NCBI GenBank assembly: GCA_964016885.1
Contig: OZ024748.1
Span: forward strand, 33,914,001-33,978,000
Source of the DNA: Eledone cirrhosa
Lineage: Eukaryota
Reading direction: 5' to 3'
DNA length: 64,000 bases
Shown here: positions 44,301-58,451 of the stretch, piece after piece
Layout of the letters: each line of letters opens with the position of its first letter
Position numbering within the stretch: the first letter of the stretch is position 1
Position numbers and translations under genes: made by a program
Notes under the pieces: model-generated
What the model was told of the DNA's origin: nothing
The model's database searches: none
What the model saw: only the letters and a program-made list of their open reading frames with translations

Positions 44301-44918
44301 AGTGGTCACCTTGCCAGGATGAAGGATTCTAGAATACCAAAACAACTCTTCTATGGAGAGTTGGTTAAAGGAAAACGACCGCCACATAAACCAAAAAAGA
44401 GGTATAAGGATTCCTTGAAAGCCTCTCTGAAAGACGCTAACATCTCTGCTGATACATGGGAAAATGTTGCTGCTGATCGTAATAAATGGAGAAAGACTGT
44501 ATATGAGGGAAAAGTTGCCTTTGAGGCATCTCGAATCGCACACGAGAAAGTAAAGCGGGATGTGAGGAAGGGAATTGCTGTTGCACTTCCAGACGGCGAG
44601 GGTCCTCCTATGGTGCTGACATGCAGCGTCTGTGCGAGACTCTGCCTAAGCAAAGCTGGACTCGAAAGTCATCTTCGCAGTCATAAAGTACGACCAGTGG
44701 TTGACTACCAGGCTGCTGTTGGAGATGCTACTCATCATGCTTTCCAAACATGTGGTAGAGAATGTAAATCAGCAGGAGGGCTCAAGCGACATGCAAAAGT
44801 ACACGAACTCCAACCACAGCCGACTATTCCCAGTGAATGTTTTGGTTGCCGACTCTGTGCAAGACATTTTAGATCATTGGCTGGGCTAAAAAGCCACATT
44901 CGATCGCAGCACTGTTAG
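41374..44918 (+). pseudogene. Second RTE (BovB-like) LINE: APE-RT with three C-terminal C2H2 fingers; one frameshift near 43545; 5'UTR from ~41020
   Basis: GCWNVRTL, ALSETRL, GDFNARVG, TDHRL; VDLTKAFD | GVKQG, LYADD; CSVC..H..H, (F)QTC..H..H, CRLC..H..H. Confidence 0.93.
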
Positions 44919-45025
44919 TTGCTATCGTGTGTGTGTGTGTAGATATGTTTATGTGCGTGCGTGTGTGTGTATATATACATGAATATGTATATTATTATTG
45001 TTGTTGTCGTTATTATTATTATTGC

Positions 45026-45062
<37 letters not shown>

Positions 45063-45270
45063 GTTATTGATGTGTGTGTGTGTATGTATGTGTGTATGTA
45101 TATATGTATGTATGTATATATATATTTCTTTTTTTTTATTTATTTATTTATTTATTATTATTATTATTATTACTATTATTATTTTATTTTATTTTATTTT
45201 TTTTTTTTTTCTTCTCGTGCAATGGCCATACTCGATAACGAGGGGGCAGCCATCATCATGTATATATGTA

Positions 45271-46683
45271 TGTCAGGTCACCAGTTAGGGCTACTGGTAA
45301 CATGTATCCCAGTACAACCTGTCTCATGGTCGGGTCGTTGGCAACTAAACTGGCAACCCCACCAAGGTTTCTTGGTGAGGAGGGTGACTTTGGACATCCT
45401 GCAGGATTAAAAACAAAACCTGTCAAAGGGAAAAGAGCTCTTAAGAGTCACAGGCCATCCAAAATCACCGGGAGGGATGACCCCTTAGCCTTTGTCAAGG
45501 CAGAATTCTAGGAGAAGGAAAACTCTGATATAACACCTGCAATCCTGATGGTATCCAATGATGTTGACTTGTTCTTCTTTTTGGTAAATATCATCTTGGT
45601 TAAGAGAGTGGGACTGGATTTGTGCAGTACCTTTGCTCACTATAAAAGCTTCACGCACAGGCATTGCTTTATATCCAGAGATCTCTCTGCACTTGCCGTC
45701 ACATGGTACCATGGACCCAGCACTATGTGTCAATAATTGTCACAAGTGTAGTGTTTGTACCAGAGTTTTCAAGTCGCTGGCTGGACTAAAAAGTCACACT
45801 CGTTCAGCGCATCGGTAGGGGTTCTCCTACATGGATATAAAGTAGTGGCCGTATTCGAAAAGGAGTTGGCAGCCTCCATATATATATGTATGTATATATA
45901 TATGTATGTTTTTTTTTGTATGTATATACGTATGTATGTATATACGTATATGTCAGGTCACCACTTGGTGCTACTGGTAACATGTATCCCAGTAAAACCT
46001 GTCTCCTGGTCGGGTCGTTGGCGACTAAACTGGCAACCCCACTAAGGTTTCTTGGTGAGGAGGGTGACTTTGGACATCCTTCAGGGCCCAGCACTATGTG
46101 TCAATAATTGTCACAAGTGTAGTGTTTGTACCAGAGTTTTCAAGTCGCTGGCTGGACTAAAAAGTCACACTCGTTCAGCGCATCGGTAGGGGTTCTCCTA
46201 CATGGATATAAAGTAGTGGCCGTACTCGAAAACGACTTGGCAGCCACCATATACGTATATACATACATACGGGAGAGATGACCCCTTAGCATTTGTCAAG
46301 GCGTAACATCTAGGAGAAGGAAAACTCTTATATAATACCTGTAACCCTGATGGTATCCAATGATGTTGACCTGTTCTTCTTTTTGGTAAATATCATCTTG
46401 GTTAAGAGAGTGGGACTGGCTTTGTGCAGTGCCTTTGCTCACTATAAAAGCTTCACGACACAGGCATTGCTTTATATCTGGAGATATCTCTGCACTTGTC
46501 GTCAAATGGTACCATGGGCTTAGCACTATGTGTCAATAATTGTCACAGGTGTAGTGTTTGTGTACCAGAGTTTTCAAGTCGCTGGCTAGACTAAAACTCA
46601 CGCACGTTCAGCGCATCGGTAGGGGTCCTCCTACATGGATACAGAGTAGTGGCCGTACTCGAAAACGAGTTGGCAGCCACCAT
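45271..46683 (+). mobile_element. Three tandem non-autonomous, internally deleted RTE derivatives
   Basis: Each combines RTE-like 5'UTR pieces (e.g. ctaggagaagg..ata) and/or a gtcaggtcacc head with a C2H2-coding 3' end ([17 protein letters not shown]) and a shared gtggccgtaYtcgaaaa..gcagccWccat terminus. Confidence 0.75.
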
Positions 46684-46704
46684 ATATATATATATGTATG
46701 TATA

Positions 46705-46735
<31 letters not shown>

Positions 46736-46739
46736 GTAA

Positions 46740-46839
<100 letters not shown>

Positions 46840-46840
46840 G

Positions 46841-46877
<37 letters not shown>

Positions 46878-46878
46878 G

Positions 46879-46921
<43 letters not shown>

Positions 46922-46923
46922 AT

Positions 46924-46960
<37 letters not shown>

Positions 46961-47080
46961 ATAACATATATATATATGTATAATATATATATATGTATAA
47001 TATAAATATATATATATATATACATATATATACATATATATACATATATATATACATATATATATATACATATATATACA

Positions 47081-47139
<59 letters not shown>

Positions 47140-47322
47140 AATATATATGTATAATATAAATATATATATATACATATATATACATATATATACATATATA
47201 TACATATATATACATATATATATACATATATATACATATATATATATACATATATATACATATATATATACATATATATACATATATATATATACATATA
47301 TACATATATACATATATATACA

Positions 47323-47360
<38 letters not shown>

Positions 47361-47365
<5 letters not shown>

Positions 47366-48022
47366 AAATAACGAAACGAAATTAAATTTCGTTTCGCTTG
47401 TAACTCACTTTTGTATGACTGACGCTTAAACAATTAAGTTTAAAATGTACATCTACATATGCATACTGAAATACTAGTGTGTATATGAATACACACACGT
47501 ATACATATGTAGGTGTACCAAGTCTTTCACTGGTCGCTTTACAGTGAGCGGCCCAGCTATTCTGTATGTAAACACACAGACAAACCGGTTTTTAGAGTCA
47601 TACTGGTTTTGGGGGGAACACCTTCCCTCTATTCTCCAGAAAGCCAGACAAGGAATATTGAACTAGTTTCGTTGTTGTTACAACTCATCAGCAATATTTA
47701 CCTATCTACCGGCCTTTCTGGAGAATTGTAAAAGCACATATCGTTATATGCTTTTTCTATGAAAATTAGTAGCAACAACGAAACTAGTTCAATATTCCTT
47801 GTCTGGCTTTCTGGAGAATAGGGGGAAGGTGTTCCCCCAAAAACCAGTATGACTCTAAAAACCGGTTTGTCTGTGTGTTTACATACAGAATAGCTGGGCC
47901 GCTCACTGTAAAGCGACCAGTGAAAGACTTGGTACACCTACATATGTATACGTGTGTGTATTCATATACACACTAGTATTTCAGTATGCATATGTAGATG
48001 TACATTTTTAACTTAATTGTTT
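47361..48022. mobile_element. Diverged relative of the 466-bp unit in foldback form (junction ~47772)
   Basis: Aligns to the array unit with many substitutions; same two termini. Confidence 0.88.
47654..47698 (-). ncRNA. Minimal type I hammerhead with covarying stem II
   Basis: aatattg-CTGATGA-gttgt aaca acaac-GAA-ACTAGT-T-caatatt. Confidence 0.85.
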
Positions 48023-48352
48023 ATATATATATATATATATATATACTATAATGTATGTCCATAGAATTATTTGATAATATATATGCACCATTTCCTCTCC
48101 GAATTACCATATTTAACCACACAAAAAATCAATTAGAACAGGCTATAAGATTGAAAGACGCCTATGAAGAAACAGTAGATAAATAATCGAGAGCAATCTC
48201 TTCGCGGCCAACCGCCATAGAATGTTTACACAACATTTCAACAGCACGTGGAAATCGACTAAATATACGGTCAACCATACCCGATTAGGTATAAAATTAA
48301 ATATATATATATAAATATTATACATATATACATATATATATATATATAAATA

Positions 48353-48480
<128 letters not shown>

Positions 48481-48864
48481 AATATATATATATATAATAT
48501 ATATATATGTGTAATATATATATATATATAATATATATATGTATATATATATATGTATAAAATATATATATATGTATAAAATATATATATATATATATAT
48601 GTATAATATATATATATATGTATATATATATATGTATAATATATATATATATGTATATATATATATGTATAATATATATATATATGTATATATATATATG
48701 TATAATATATATATATGTATAATATATATATATATGTATATATATATATGTATAATATATATATATATGTATATATATATATGTATAATATATATATATG
48801 TGTAATATATATATATGTATAATATATATATATGTGTAATATATATATATGTATATATATGTAT

Positions 48865-48921
<57 letters not shown>

Positions 48922-49007
48922 GTATAAAATATATATATATATATATGTATAATATATATATATGTGTAATATATATGTATATATATATACATATATATAC
49001 ATATATG

Positions 49008-49054
<47 letters not shown>

Positions 49055-49116
49055 ATATATATATGTATATATATATGTATAATATATATATATATATATG
49101 TATATATATATGTATA

Positions 49117-49200
<84 letters not shown>

Positions 49201-49227
49201 ATATATATATGTATATATATATGTATA

Positions 49228-49259
<32 letters not shown>

Positions 49260-49878
49260 GTATAATATATATATATATGTATATATATATGTATAATATA
49301 TATATATATATATTATACTGATTATATTGAGCTGATTTTAGCCCCATACAAACGGCTGTTATTTCTAGCAGCACGAGTATGAGGCTAGCTAGACAGTGGA
49401 TAACCGCATGACGTTACCTCGTGCGCTAAACAGTCTTCCTAAATATTTTGAAGTGGAACAAACCAATTTTTATAGTGCTTGCTAAGGAGATCAAAATGCG
49501 GTATTTTCTTCCACTTTTTCATTATTCGAAACATATTTGGATTTTAAGGTTTAAACCTGTCCACGGAACAGGGTTGATTTTGAAATTTAAATTTGTCCAA
49601 GCACTGCGGCCATTGCCAGTACAATTTGTTTTTGTTGATTTATGATGTATTATCTTAAGTCATGATAGGCAAACTGTAATATTATTATTAGTATATTTCT
49701 ATCTAGCTCACTTGGTCATTTACAATACAAACATAAATATGAGGATATTTGTGTTTATCAAATATATTGATTTGTGTTAACCTATATTCACGGCTCAGAA
49801 ATACTCTTTCTTTTTTCGAGCTATTTCATTGTAAATGATCGCCTGAGATTTGAACTCATTATTATTGATTTATATTTA

Positions 49879-50066
49879 AAGGTCGGTGAATTGGCAGTAT
49901 CGGTAGAGGGTAGGACGCCATGCTTTCTAGCATAGTTACGTCCCTTTACAGTCTGAGTTCAAATCCCGCCGAGGTTAACTTTGCCTTTCATCCTTACGGG
50001 GTCGATAAAATAAAGTACCAGTAATGTACTGGGTAATTGCTGGCCTTGTGCCTAAAGTAGAACCAA
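49879..50066 (+). mobile_element. tRNA-derived CORE-type SINE resembling octopus OR-family SINEs
   Basis: A-box tggcagtatcgg, B-box gagttcaaatcc, core gcctttcatcc..ggggtcgataaaataaagtaccagt, (ATT)n tail; family name is from memory. Confidence 0.75.
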
Positions 50067-50094
50067 TTATTATTGATTTATATATATAAATATG

Positions 50095-50133
<39 letters not shown>

Positions 50134-50273
50134 TATATATATATGTATAATATATATATATATATTTTTTAATATATATATATATATATATTTTTATATA
50201 TTTTTTTATTATTCAGAGACTGAAAAAAAAAAATGGCGTAGACATACAACACAACAGGAGGAAAAAATATAAC

Positions 50274-50314
50274 ACCACTGACGATGTTGCAGATGTGCAA
50301 CGAAAGATTTATGT
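50274..50314 (+). ncRNA. Minimal hammerhead motif (weak stem I) in an element ending ~50570
   Basis: ca-CTGACGA-t gttgc agatgt gcaac-GAA-AGATTT-A-tg. Confidence 0.6.
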
Positions 50315-50592
50315 AAATTATGTAAACTATATATATGTGTTTGTGTCTATATTGTATCTGTATTATTTTTGACCGTCGGTCAGTCAATGGCAACATTGAG
50401 GACCGAGTAAGTTAGATCGCAGATATAAAAGACAGCGAGAAGCGAAAACCAACCAAACAGTGAGTGTGTTCTGTTATTAATTCTGGCAATATTACGCAAA
50501 TATGACCCTCCCCAAGTATAACAATATCTGTTTCGACACACGATTTCATATAAAAAACCTCGCTAAACTATATATATATGTATGTATGTATA

Positions 50593-50626
<34 letters not shown>

Positions 50627-50758
50627 GTATGTATAATATATATACATGTATGTATTATATATATGTATGTATAATATATATGTATGTATGATATTATATA
50701 TATGTATGTATTATTATATTATACATATGTATGTATTATATATATGTATGTATGATAA

Positions 50759-50790
<32 letters not shown>

Positions 50791-50807
50791 GTATGTATGT
50801 ATGATAA

Positions 50808-50839
<32 letters not shown>

Positions 50840-50880
50840 GTATATATATATGTATAATATATATATATATATATATATAT

Positions 50881-51546
50881 AAGAGAGTATTGAAGTTTGC
50901 TTGAAGCATTGTGGAACAATAAGTAAATATCTTTAAGTCGTTTGGAAGCCTTGACAATGCAAATGGGTAAATCTCCGGGTAACAAGGTCCGGTGGTGGAG
51001 AGAGAGATGTAAGTGGGTGTACGTTGAGATGCGTGGTGTGTATAAGATGTGTGAGATGTGTAGAATGAAGGGAAGAGTATAAAGGATAAAAATAAAAATT
51101 ACAACACAAGAGAGAGTTACCTTGGGAGAGATTTAATAGTCCCTATATATTTCGGATTCACATCCATCAACTGGGGTTTTTTTCCTGGGTGGGGGAAAAG
51201 GTTGTCTGTCGGACAAGATATTCAAAACAACAAACAGCGAAAGACGCGTTCCGGACTTGTCCGACAGACAACCTTTTCCCCCACCCCGGAAAAAAAACCC
51301 AGTTGATGGATGTGAATCCGAAATATATAGGGACTATTAAATCTCTCCCAAGGTAACTCTCTCTTGTGTTGTTATTTTTATTTTTATCCTTTATACTCTT
51401 CCCTTCATTCTACACATCTCACACATCTTATACACACCACGCATCTCAACGTACACCCACTTACATCTCTCTCTCCACCACCGGACCTTGTTACCCGGAG
51501 ATTTACCCATTTGCATTATCGAGGCTTCCAAACGACTTAAAGATAT
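50881..51546. mobile_element. Foldback: arms 50927-51217 / 51256-51546 plus left tail; degenerate HHR at 51298-51332
   Basis: Inverted arms; cc-CAGTTGA-t ggat gtga atcc-GAA-ATATAT-A-gg. Confidence 0.75.
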
Positions 51547-51615
51547 ATATGTATAATATATAGATATATATAATATATATATAAGTATGTATAATATATA
51601 TATATATATATAATA

Positions 51616-52185
51616 TGGGAGGGTCATGTTGCCAATAAGAAACACACGCACCAGTTGTTTCACTTCAATTTATTATAATAAATTTATAATAAATTTATAA
51701 ATTTATAAATTTCTGGTTGGTTGGTTCCACAACCAGATAGTTGTTTATATATTGTCATAGTTCTTTCGTCACACACTCTGTGACCTCTTCAGTGACTGGG
51801 GATTCCTTTCTTTGTTTCTGTGCCTCTCCTTTGTTCTGTCCTACGCCATTTTGTTTCTGTGTGTGAGAAACAAAATGGCGTAGGACAGAACAAAGGAGAG
51901 GCACAGAAACAAAGAAAGGAATCCCCAGTCACTGAAGAGGTCACAGTGTGTGTGACGAAAGAACTACGACAATATATAAACAACTATCTGGTTGTGGAAC
52001 CAACCAACCAACCAAAATTTATAAATTTATAAATTTATTATAAATTTATTATAATAAATTCAAGTGAAAGCAACTGGTGCGTGTGTTTCTTATTGGCAAC
52101 ATGACCCTCCCAAAGTATAACAATATCGGTTTCAACACACGATTTCAGATAAATAATCTTGCTAAACAAATTCAGAAACGAAATA
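51616..52185. mobile_element. Second copy of foldback element A; HHRs at 51754-51796 (-) and 51928-51970 (+)
   Basis: Homologous to 29641-30310, with a different inversion point (~51866) and the same right tail. Confidence 0.85.
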
Positions 52186-52291
52186 TATAATATGTATATA
52201 TTTATATAATATATATATATATATATGTATAATATATATATGTATAATATATATATGTATAATATATATATATATATATATAATATATATA

Positions 52292-55200
52292 TTTATTAAA
52301 ATAACAGATTAAAGTTTAAGCAAAGAATCGCTGCTTTCACCCTTAACGGGATCTTCTGAAACTAACAAAGTCAATCTGTAAACGCAGAACTGGATATTTC
52401 AAAAAACGTTGCAACCGGAGGAAGACAGGAAGACGATACTTTGGTTCGTGGTAACGTTCGCTGGCAAAGAACGGGAAAAAACGAATAATACGTCATTAAT
52501 AGGAGCGGTGAAAAACAATTACGCGCAAAGACAAAACCACGTTTATGGTATAAAAGAGGTCGTAGACTAATGTTCTCTCAGGTGGTGCATAGAGACGTTC
52601 TCTGGCAATGAACGAAAAAACGAAGATAATAAGTCATATGTGGAGCGTGGAGAACAATAGCACACCAAAGACAAAACCACGTAAATGGTATAGCAGAAAT
52701 CGTAGACTAAAATTCTAACTAGGAGACCAAATGAATCTCCGCTACAGAGTTAAGAACAAAGTAAATAAATACAAAACAGAAGTAATAGAAACAAATAAAT
52801 ACATACACGCGAACAGATACGTACATACAAAAGCATACGCAAAACCTTACCATGGGTATACAAAACCACGCACATATGAATATGTGTGTGTGTGTATGCT
52901 TGTGTACAAATAAATAAATAATTAATAAACGTATATAAGTAAATAAATACGTATATAACAAGCGCACACGCATACCTACATATAAATACACGAATGTTCG
53001 GAGACGTAAGTCAACTAAAACAAGAAGTACACATATACACACACCCACCATACGTACGAACCTGCACACTCACGCGGACGCAAAACTCCCGTATACACAT
53101 AGCCAAACCCTAAATACCAAAATATGTAAAAATTATACGCTATAACAGTCAAATATACGTACGAGAAGGTATACATACCTTCACAAAACATACGGGTAAT
53201 ATATACTTACCTATGCAAATAAGTAAAGGAATAAACAAAACATATACTTAGCTCCCACATCAAGACGTAAAATATCCACGTATAGATCGTGCTATCCGTT
53301 AGGGTATAACGTGGGGCTGTAATACAGGAAAGTTTTGTGCAATTTATGTTTACAAGCCGAAATTGCCTCAGATTTTTTGTTTAAGATGTGGACTATAGCG
53401 TAGAGTATTTCCAGGGCCTCGGCGGCGCAGAGGTCACATGGTCTTTTATTTCCGTTATACGATCTAGCCCTAGCTAGGATCTCCCAGTGTAACTTATATT
53501 GGGTGTGGTTGTCTTTTAGATTCCAGATATAAGCTGAAAGTGACGTCATATTCCTTCTTAGAGGGTAACGAAAAGAATGGGTATGCATGTAAAGACGCTG
53601 CTTGAAACTATTGGCGGTTAACCCTATGTAGGCCCTACGGGACGTGGGTGTTACAACCTTACATTTGTAGACAATGTTACTAGAGAGGCATTTCCCGGAT
53701 AGGGGGCAATCAGCCCGATTCCTACAATTACAGTTAGTACTAACTACAGGGTTGCACGTGTTCCTACGGCTAGGTAGTTTAGCTAAATTTGAAGCTGTGA
53801 TGTTATGTGCAAGGTTAGGAGTCGTAGAGTAAGAAATTTTAATAGTATTTCTATTAAAAATTTTACTATATTTATGTGTAGGGGGAAAATGCTTCGTAAT
53901 AAGGGAAAGAAAGATCTTAGCTAATGGTGTGGCCCCCTCCATATTATATGGTGGGTTAAACTAACAAATGCGACGGGACCTATTTCTTCTAGGTCTATTT
54001 TCGTACTCTGTATATGCTACCTTATCGACAAATCCACTTCGAGCAAGAGCTTCATTGTAATAAGTGGAATGGTCGTTGAAAATGCGCTCGTTGGTGGAAA
54101 GACGGGAAAGCCTCAACGAAACGTTTCTCACCAGGTTCTTGGTTATGCTGGCAGGATGGTTGGAATGCTTACTTATGTAATTAAGCGTATCATTCGGCTT
54201 TCTATACGGGTAATACAACCCATTCAATAAATTGAGGGTAACGTCGAGGTAATTAACGACTGAGAGATTGGCCTCAACCTGTATAGAGAGGTTGAAGCCT
54301 TTAAAGAAGGCTGTGAGTTCTTTTCTGAACCTGTCGCAAGCACGAGGTCCGCACTTAGTCATGGTCAAAAGACCATCGTCACGGTACAAACCACCGCCCG
54401 CGTTGAGGAATTCGTCCTTGATAGAGAAAAGAAGGAAAAGGCCAATAAGATCAGTAACCTCCGCAGAGTCACTGGCGCCCATACTCACGTCGAATGGGGT
54501 ACTATTGGTTTTTTTTAATCCAAATAGAGTCGTCGAAATTAATCACCGACTTTCGGGCATTAAGGATGACATCAACTTCAAAATCCTTAACCACTGTGAG
54601 TGTTTTAGCGAAATTGATAGCTCTAAGGAGAAGTGGTAAAGTGATGGAGGAGTAGTAATTGTTGATGTCGAATTGGATAAAACGGCAATGTTCCTTGTTA
54701 CATATGCCGTTGAACCAATCAATCACCGCGAAAGAATTGTTCCACAGTGCGAGAGGGGTCAAACTTCTAATTTCAGGTATAATTCTATCAAGAATCGTTT
54801 TACTAAGTCTACCTAAATCGGACTTCGTAGGGTTAATAAGCCGAATAGCGGGGTTGTTCGGAAAATTGGATTTGTGATCCTTCAGGGTAAAGTGGGGAGA
54901 GATAGGGTCCAGAGGTTCGGTCCGGTCCAGGATGTTGAGATCAGATGTGATTTTAAACCCAGCATCGTTGATTTCATTGATGACGCACCGATTAGTTATA
55001 CGGTAATCCTTAGTTACAGCATTATGTAGTAGTTGATGGTAAGTACTGCGCTCCACTTGATATAGGTTGCCAGTTTTGTCGGAATGGACGTGCACGGCAT
55101 TAGAATCCTTAATAGAACGAATTCTATTCTTCAGGTCTTGCTGGAAGGAATTGCTCCTATTCCGAAATTTGATATTCCGAATGAGTTCTAAGACATCATT

Positions 55201-56184
55201 TTCGAAGGGTAGCAATGCTGGGTTCCACGGAGGGTTATTATAAGTTTTAAATCCAAATTTATCCTGTTTGTTGTCTGCTTTTCGCGGATTATCGAAATAA
55301 AAGGCACGCCAACGCAACCTTTTAATGAACGCGTCTGTTTTCTGTATCAGGAGTTTTAGGTATGTTTTCCTGCTTGGTACGGGTATGTTCTTTGTAGAAA
55401 TATTCAGATGTTGTTTCTGCATGATGAATATAAGTCAGTAGAGTGCTCAACCGAAGGAGCCAAATAGTAATAATAATAAAATTGAAGACTAAAATCCAAA
55501 GAGGGCTCGATAAGGAAAATATATATCAAATATATAAGAACCGTAGAGCAAATATTTATTAAAATAACAGATTAAAGTTTAAGCAAAGAATCGCTGCTTT
55601 CACCCTTAACGGGATCTTCTGAAACTAACAAAGTCAATCTGTAAACGCAGAACTGGATATTTCAAAAAACGTTGCAACCGGAGGAAGACAGGAAGGCGAT
55701 ACTTTGGTTCGTGGTAACGTTCGCTGGCAAAGAACGGAAAAAAACGAATAATACGTCATTAATAGGAGCGGTGAAAAACAATTACACGCAAAGACAAAAC
55801 CACGTTTATGGTATAAAAGAGGTCGTAGACTAATGTTCTCTCAGGTGGTGCATAGAGACGTTCTCTGGCAATGAACGAAAAAACGAAGATAATAAGTCAT
55901 ATGTGGAGCGTGGAGAACAATAGCACGCAAAGACAAAACCACGTAAATGGTATAGCAGAAATCGTAGACTAAAATTCTAACTAGGAGACCAAATGAATCT
56001 CCGCTAAATATCCACGTATAGATCGTGCTATCCGTTAGGGTATAACGTGGGGCTGTAATACAGGAAAGTTTTGTGCAATTTATGTTTACAAGCCGAAATT
56101 GCCTCGTTCTTATATATTTGATATATATTTTCCTTATGGAGCCCTCTTTGGATTTTAGTCTTCAATTTTATTATTATTACTATT
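52292..56184 (-). mobile_element. Near full-length Penelope-like element (Hydra-type): direct pLTRs 52292-52745 / 55553-56005, partial tandem of the ORF end (56006-56105), inverted tail (56106-56184)
   Basis: RT + C-terminal GIY-YIG between direct repeats; HHRs at 52314-52362 and 55577-55625. Confidence 0.92.
53292..55422 (-). pseudogene. Penelope-type RT + GIY-YIG ORF with one frameshift (A8 run, ~54510) and one premature TAG (53961-53963, in I-C-*-FNPPY)
   Basis: STKNIP, SDKTGN, QFDINNYYSSI, FDVSMGASDSAE, LYRDDGL, YLDVTL, SNHP; CNCRNRADC; NIVYKC..YIGLT. Confidence 0.92.
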
Positions 56185-56829
56185 TTATTATTATTACTAT
56201 ATAATATATATATATGTATAATATATATATATATGTATAAGATATATATGTATATTATATATATAATATATATATATGTATAATATATATATAATATATA
56301 TATATATGTATAATATATATATAATATATATATATAATAATAATAATACTATTTATAGTTATGTATATAGTATAAACAACTATAAACAGGAAGGTCAGTA
56401 ATTTCTTAATTACTTTATTACCAGTAAGAGAAATAGCTCAATGTATGAACATCAGTTGATTTACAGAGCAGTTGTTTTAACTGTTTCATGTATTCCACTC
56501 CGTGCTTTTGATTTTAATTTAATTTGAATTTGAACTTGAATCGTTGTACAATTATTGTACAATTCTCGTAAAATATATGTGACATCCATTCCACCCTGTA
56601 AAAGGAAACTATTGCTCACAAAATCAATTTATATGTATCTATATTATTGTTCAGTTGAATAGGAGGTTAATTATATGTGCCAACATTGATAATGCTCCAA
56701 TGACACCAAACGAGAGTTTGGTAGAAACGATTGTCAGCTATTAAATGATTTGAACACAACTTTGATAATTGTATAATTTATTTTTTATATGTATAATATT
56801 CTTTTACCTGTTTCAGCCATCCGTATATG

Positions 56830-56868
<39 letters not shown>

Positions 56869-56974
56869 TTGGCACCCCGAACGTTTAATTACGCATAAAC
56901 TCAGATATTTCATAATGTTTGTCGAGTGAGTTGGAATTTGGCCGGAGTATCGCTGTTAGCTTTCTCCGTTTATG

Positions 56975-57068
<94 letters not shown>

Positions 57069-58451
57069 GTGTGTATAATATATATATATATATGTATAAT
57101 ATATATATATATATGTGTGTATAATATATATATATGTATAATATATATATATGTATAATATATATATATATATGTGTATGCACAAGAACTATGCAAATTA
57201 CAAAAACTACAGACCCCCCCGGCCCCCCGGCTGACCCCCCTATCCCCCCCTTCCCATTTCCGTCCCTCCATCTCTCATTATTACCCTCTTTCCTCCCTTC
57301 TATCTCTCATTATTACCCTCTTTCCTCCCCTCCAGGTCTTATACTTTGTGTTGTATGCCTCTGAGTAAAGTTCCGTGGCCGCACACACAAATTCACGTAT
57401 ATACCTGCTCATGTTTGCATACGTGCAGTTATGAACTGCTGCACGCACACGTTCATGATTTATTTATCTATTTAACTGTATATTTATTTATTTATTTATT
57501 TATTTATTTAGTTACTTTATTTACTTATTTATTTATTTATCCATTTATTTGTCTATTTATTTGTTTATTTATTTACTTATTTACTGGTTTATTTGTTTAT
57601 CTGTTTGTTTGTTTGTTTGTTTGTTAGTTAACTCATTCATTTATTTATTAATTTATGAGTGAATGACTAGGTAATGAATAGATAAGGGATAAAAGATAGG
57701 TAACGAATAGTGAATGGTAAATAGTAAGTAATAAATAATAAATAGTAATTAATTACTTGATGATAATATTAATAGTGACATTAATTATTTTATCTTCTAT
57801 CAGGCCCAGTTTGGAATTTGAAATTTAAAATTTTAAAATTTGGAATTTAAAATTATAATTTGTCCTACTACATTTATACTATGGACACATGTATGAGTGC
57901 GAACGAGAGCGTGTTTGTGCATATGCGTTTATGTGTACTTATTTGTATGTATGTATGTGTATATATGTATATATGAAATCTGGTTGTTTGACTGAGTGAT
58001 GTATATACACACATATACATACACACACATATATATATATATACATTCAACAGAGAGTAGAGAGTTTGACAACAGGTCGATGACTTTAGTCTCGATAGGG
58101 TATGGTATGGTAATGACATGTGATGGTGGGGAGAGGGTGTAGACGTTATTGTGGTGGTGGGGACAGTGAGATGTATCTAGTTCATTTGACCGTTTTCTTC
58201 TCTTAGCAAAATTTGAATTCTAGCCATGTTATATTGAGATGTAAGTAAATGTAAAATATAAATAAGGATTGCTCTGCTAAAATATACTAAAATATTTGTG
58301 TAACTTCCACAAACTTCTGTCGTGACATTCCCGAGTCCAGTGACCAAAAAATTGTTGTATTTTGATGTTTCAGAATACAAAAATTAATTAAAAACTTACC
58401 CCACGAAAAGACAGCGTGTGTTGTCCTATCTATAAGCTCCCTCATACATCC

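Noticed and set aside
45271-45360. Possible HDV-like ribozyme at the 5' end of the RTE derivatives (ccagt..CTAA-actgg)
   Set aside because: P2- and P3-like pairings are visible, but I could not build P1/P1.1 by eye; needs a descriptor search
49879-49975. tRNA gene
   Set aside because: A and B boxes are present but there is no cloverleaf, and the sequence continues into a SINE core and tail
52746-53268. Intron explaining the segment missing from the upstream pLTR tandem
   Set aside because: The boundaries do not fit GT-AG on the coding (minus) strand; a deletion or template switch is more likely
53961-54510. Selenocysteine or programmed recoding in the Penelope ORF
   Set aside because: The lesions are a TAG at a conserved Trp and a homopolymer frameshift, not an in-frame TGA; ordinary decay or sequencing error is more likely
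56455-56610. Possible hammerhead on the minus strand (GAAA-cagtt..aactg)
   Set aside because: Only a stem III-like part is present; no matching CUGANGA-like core found
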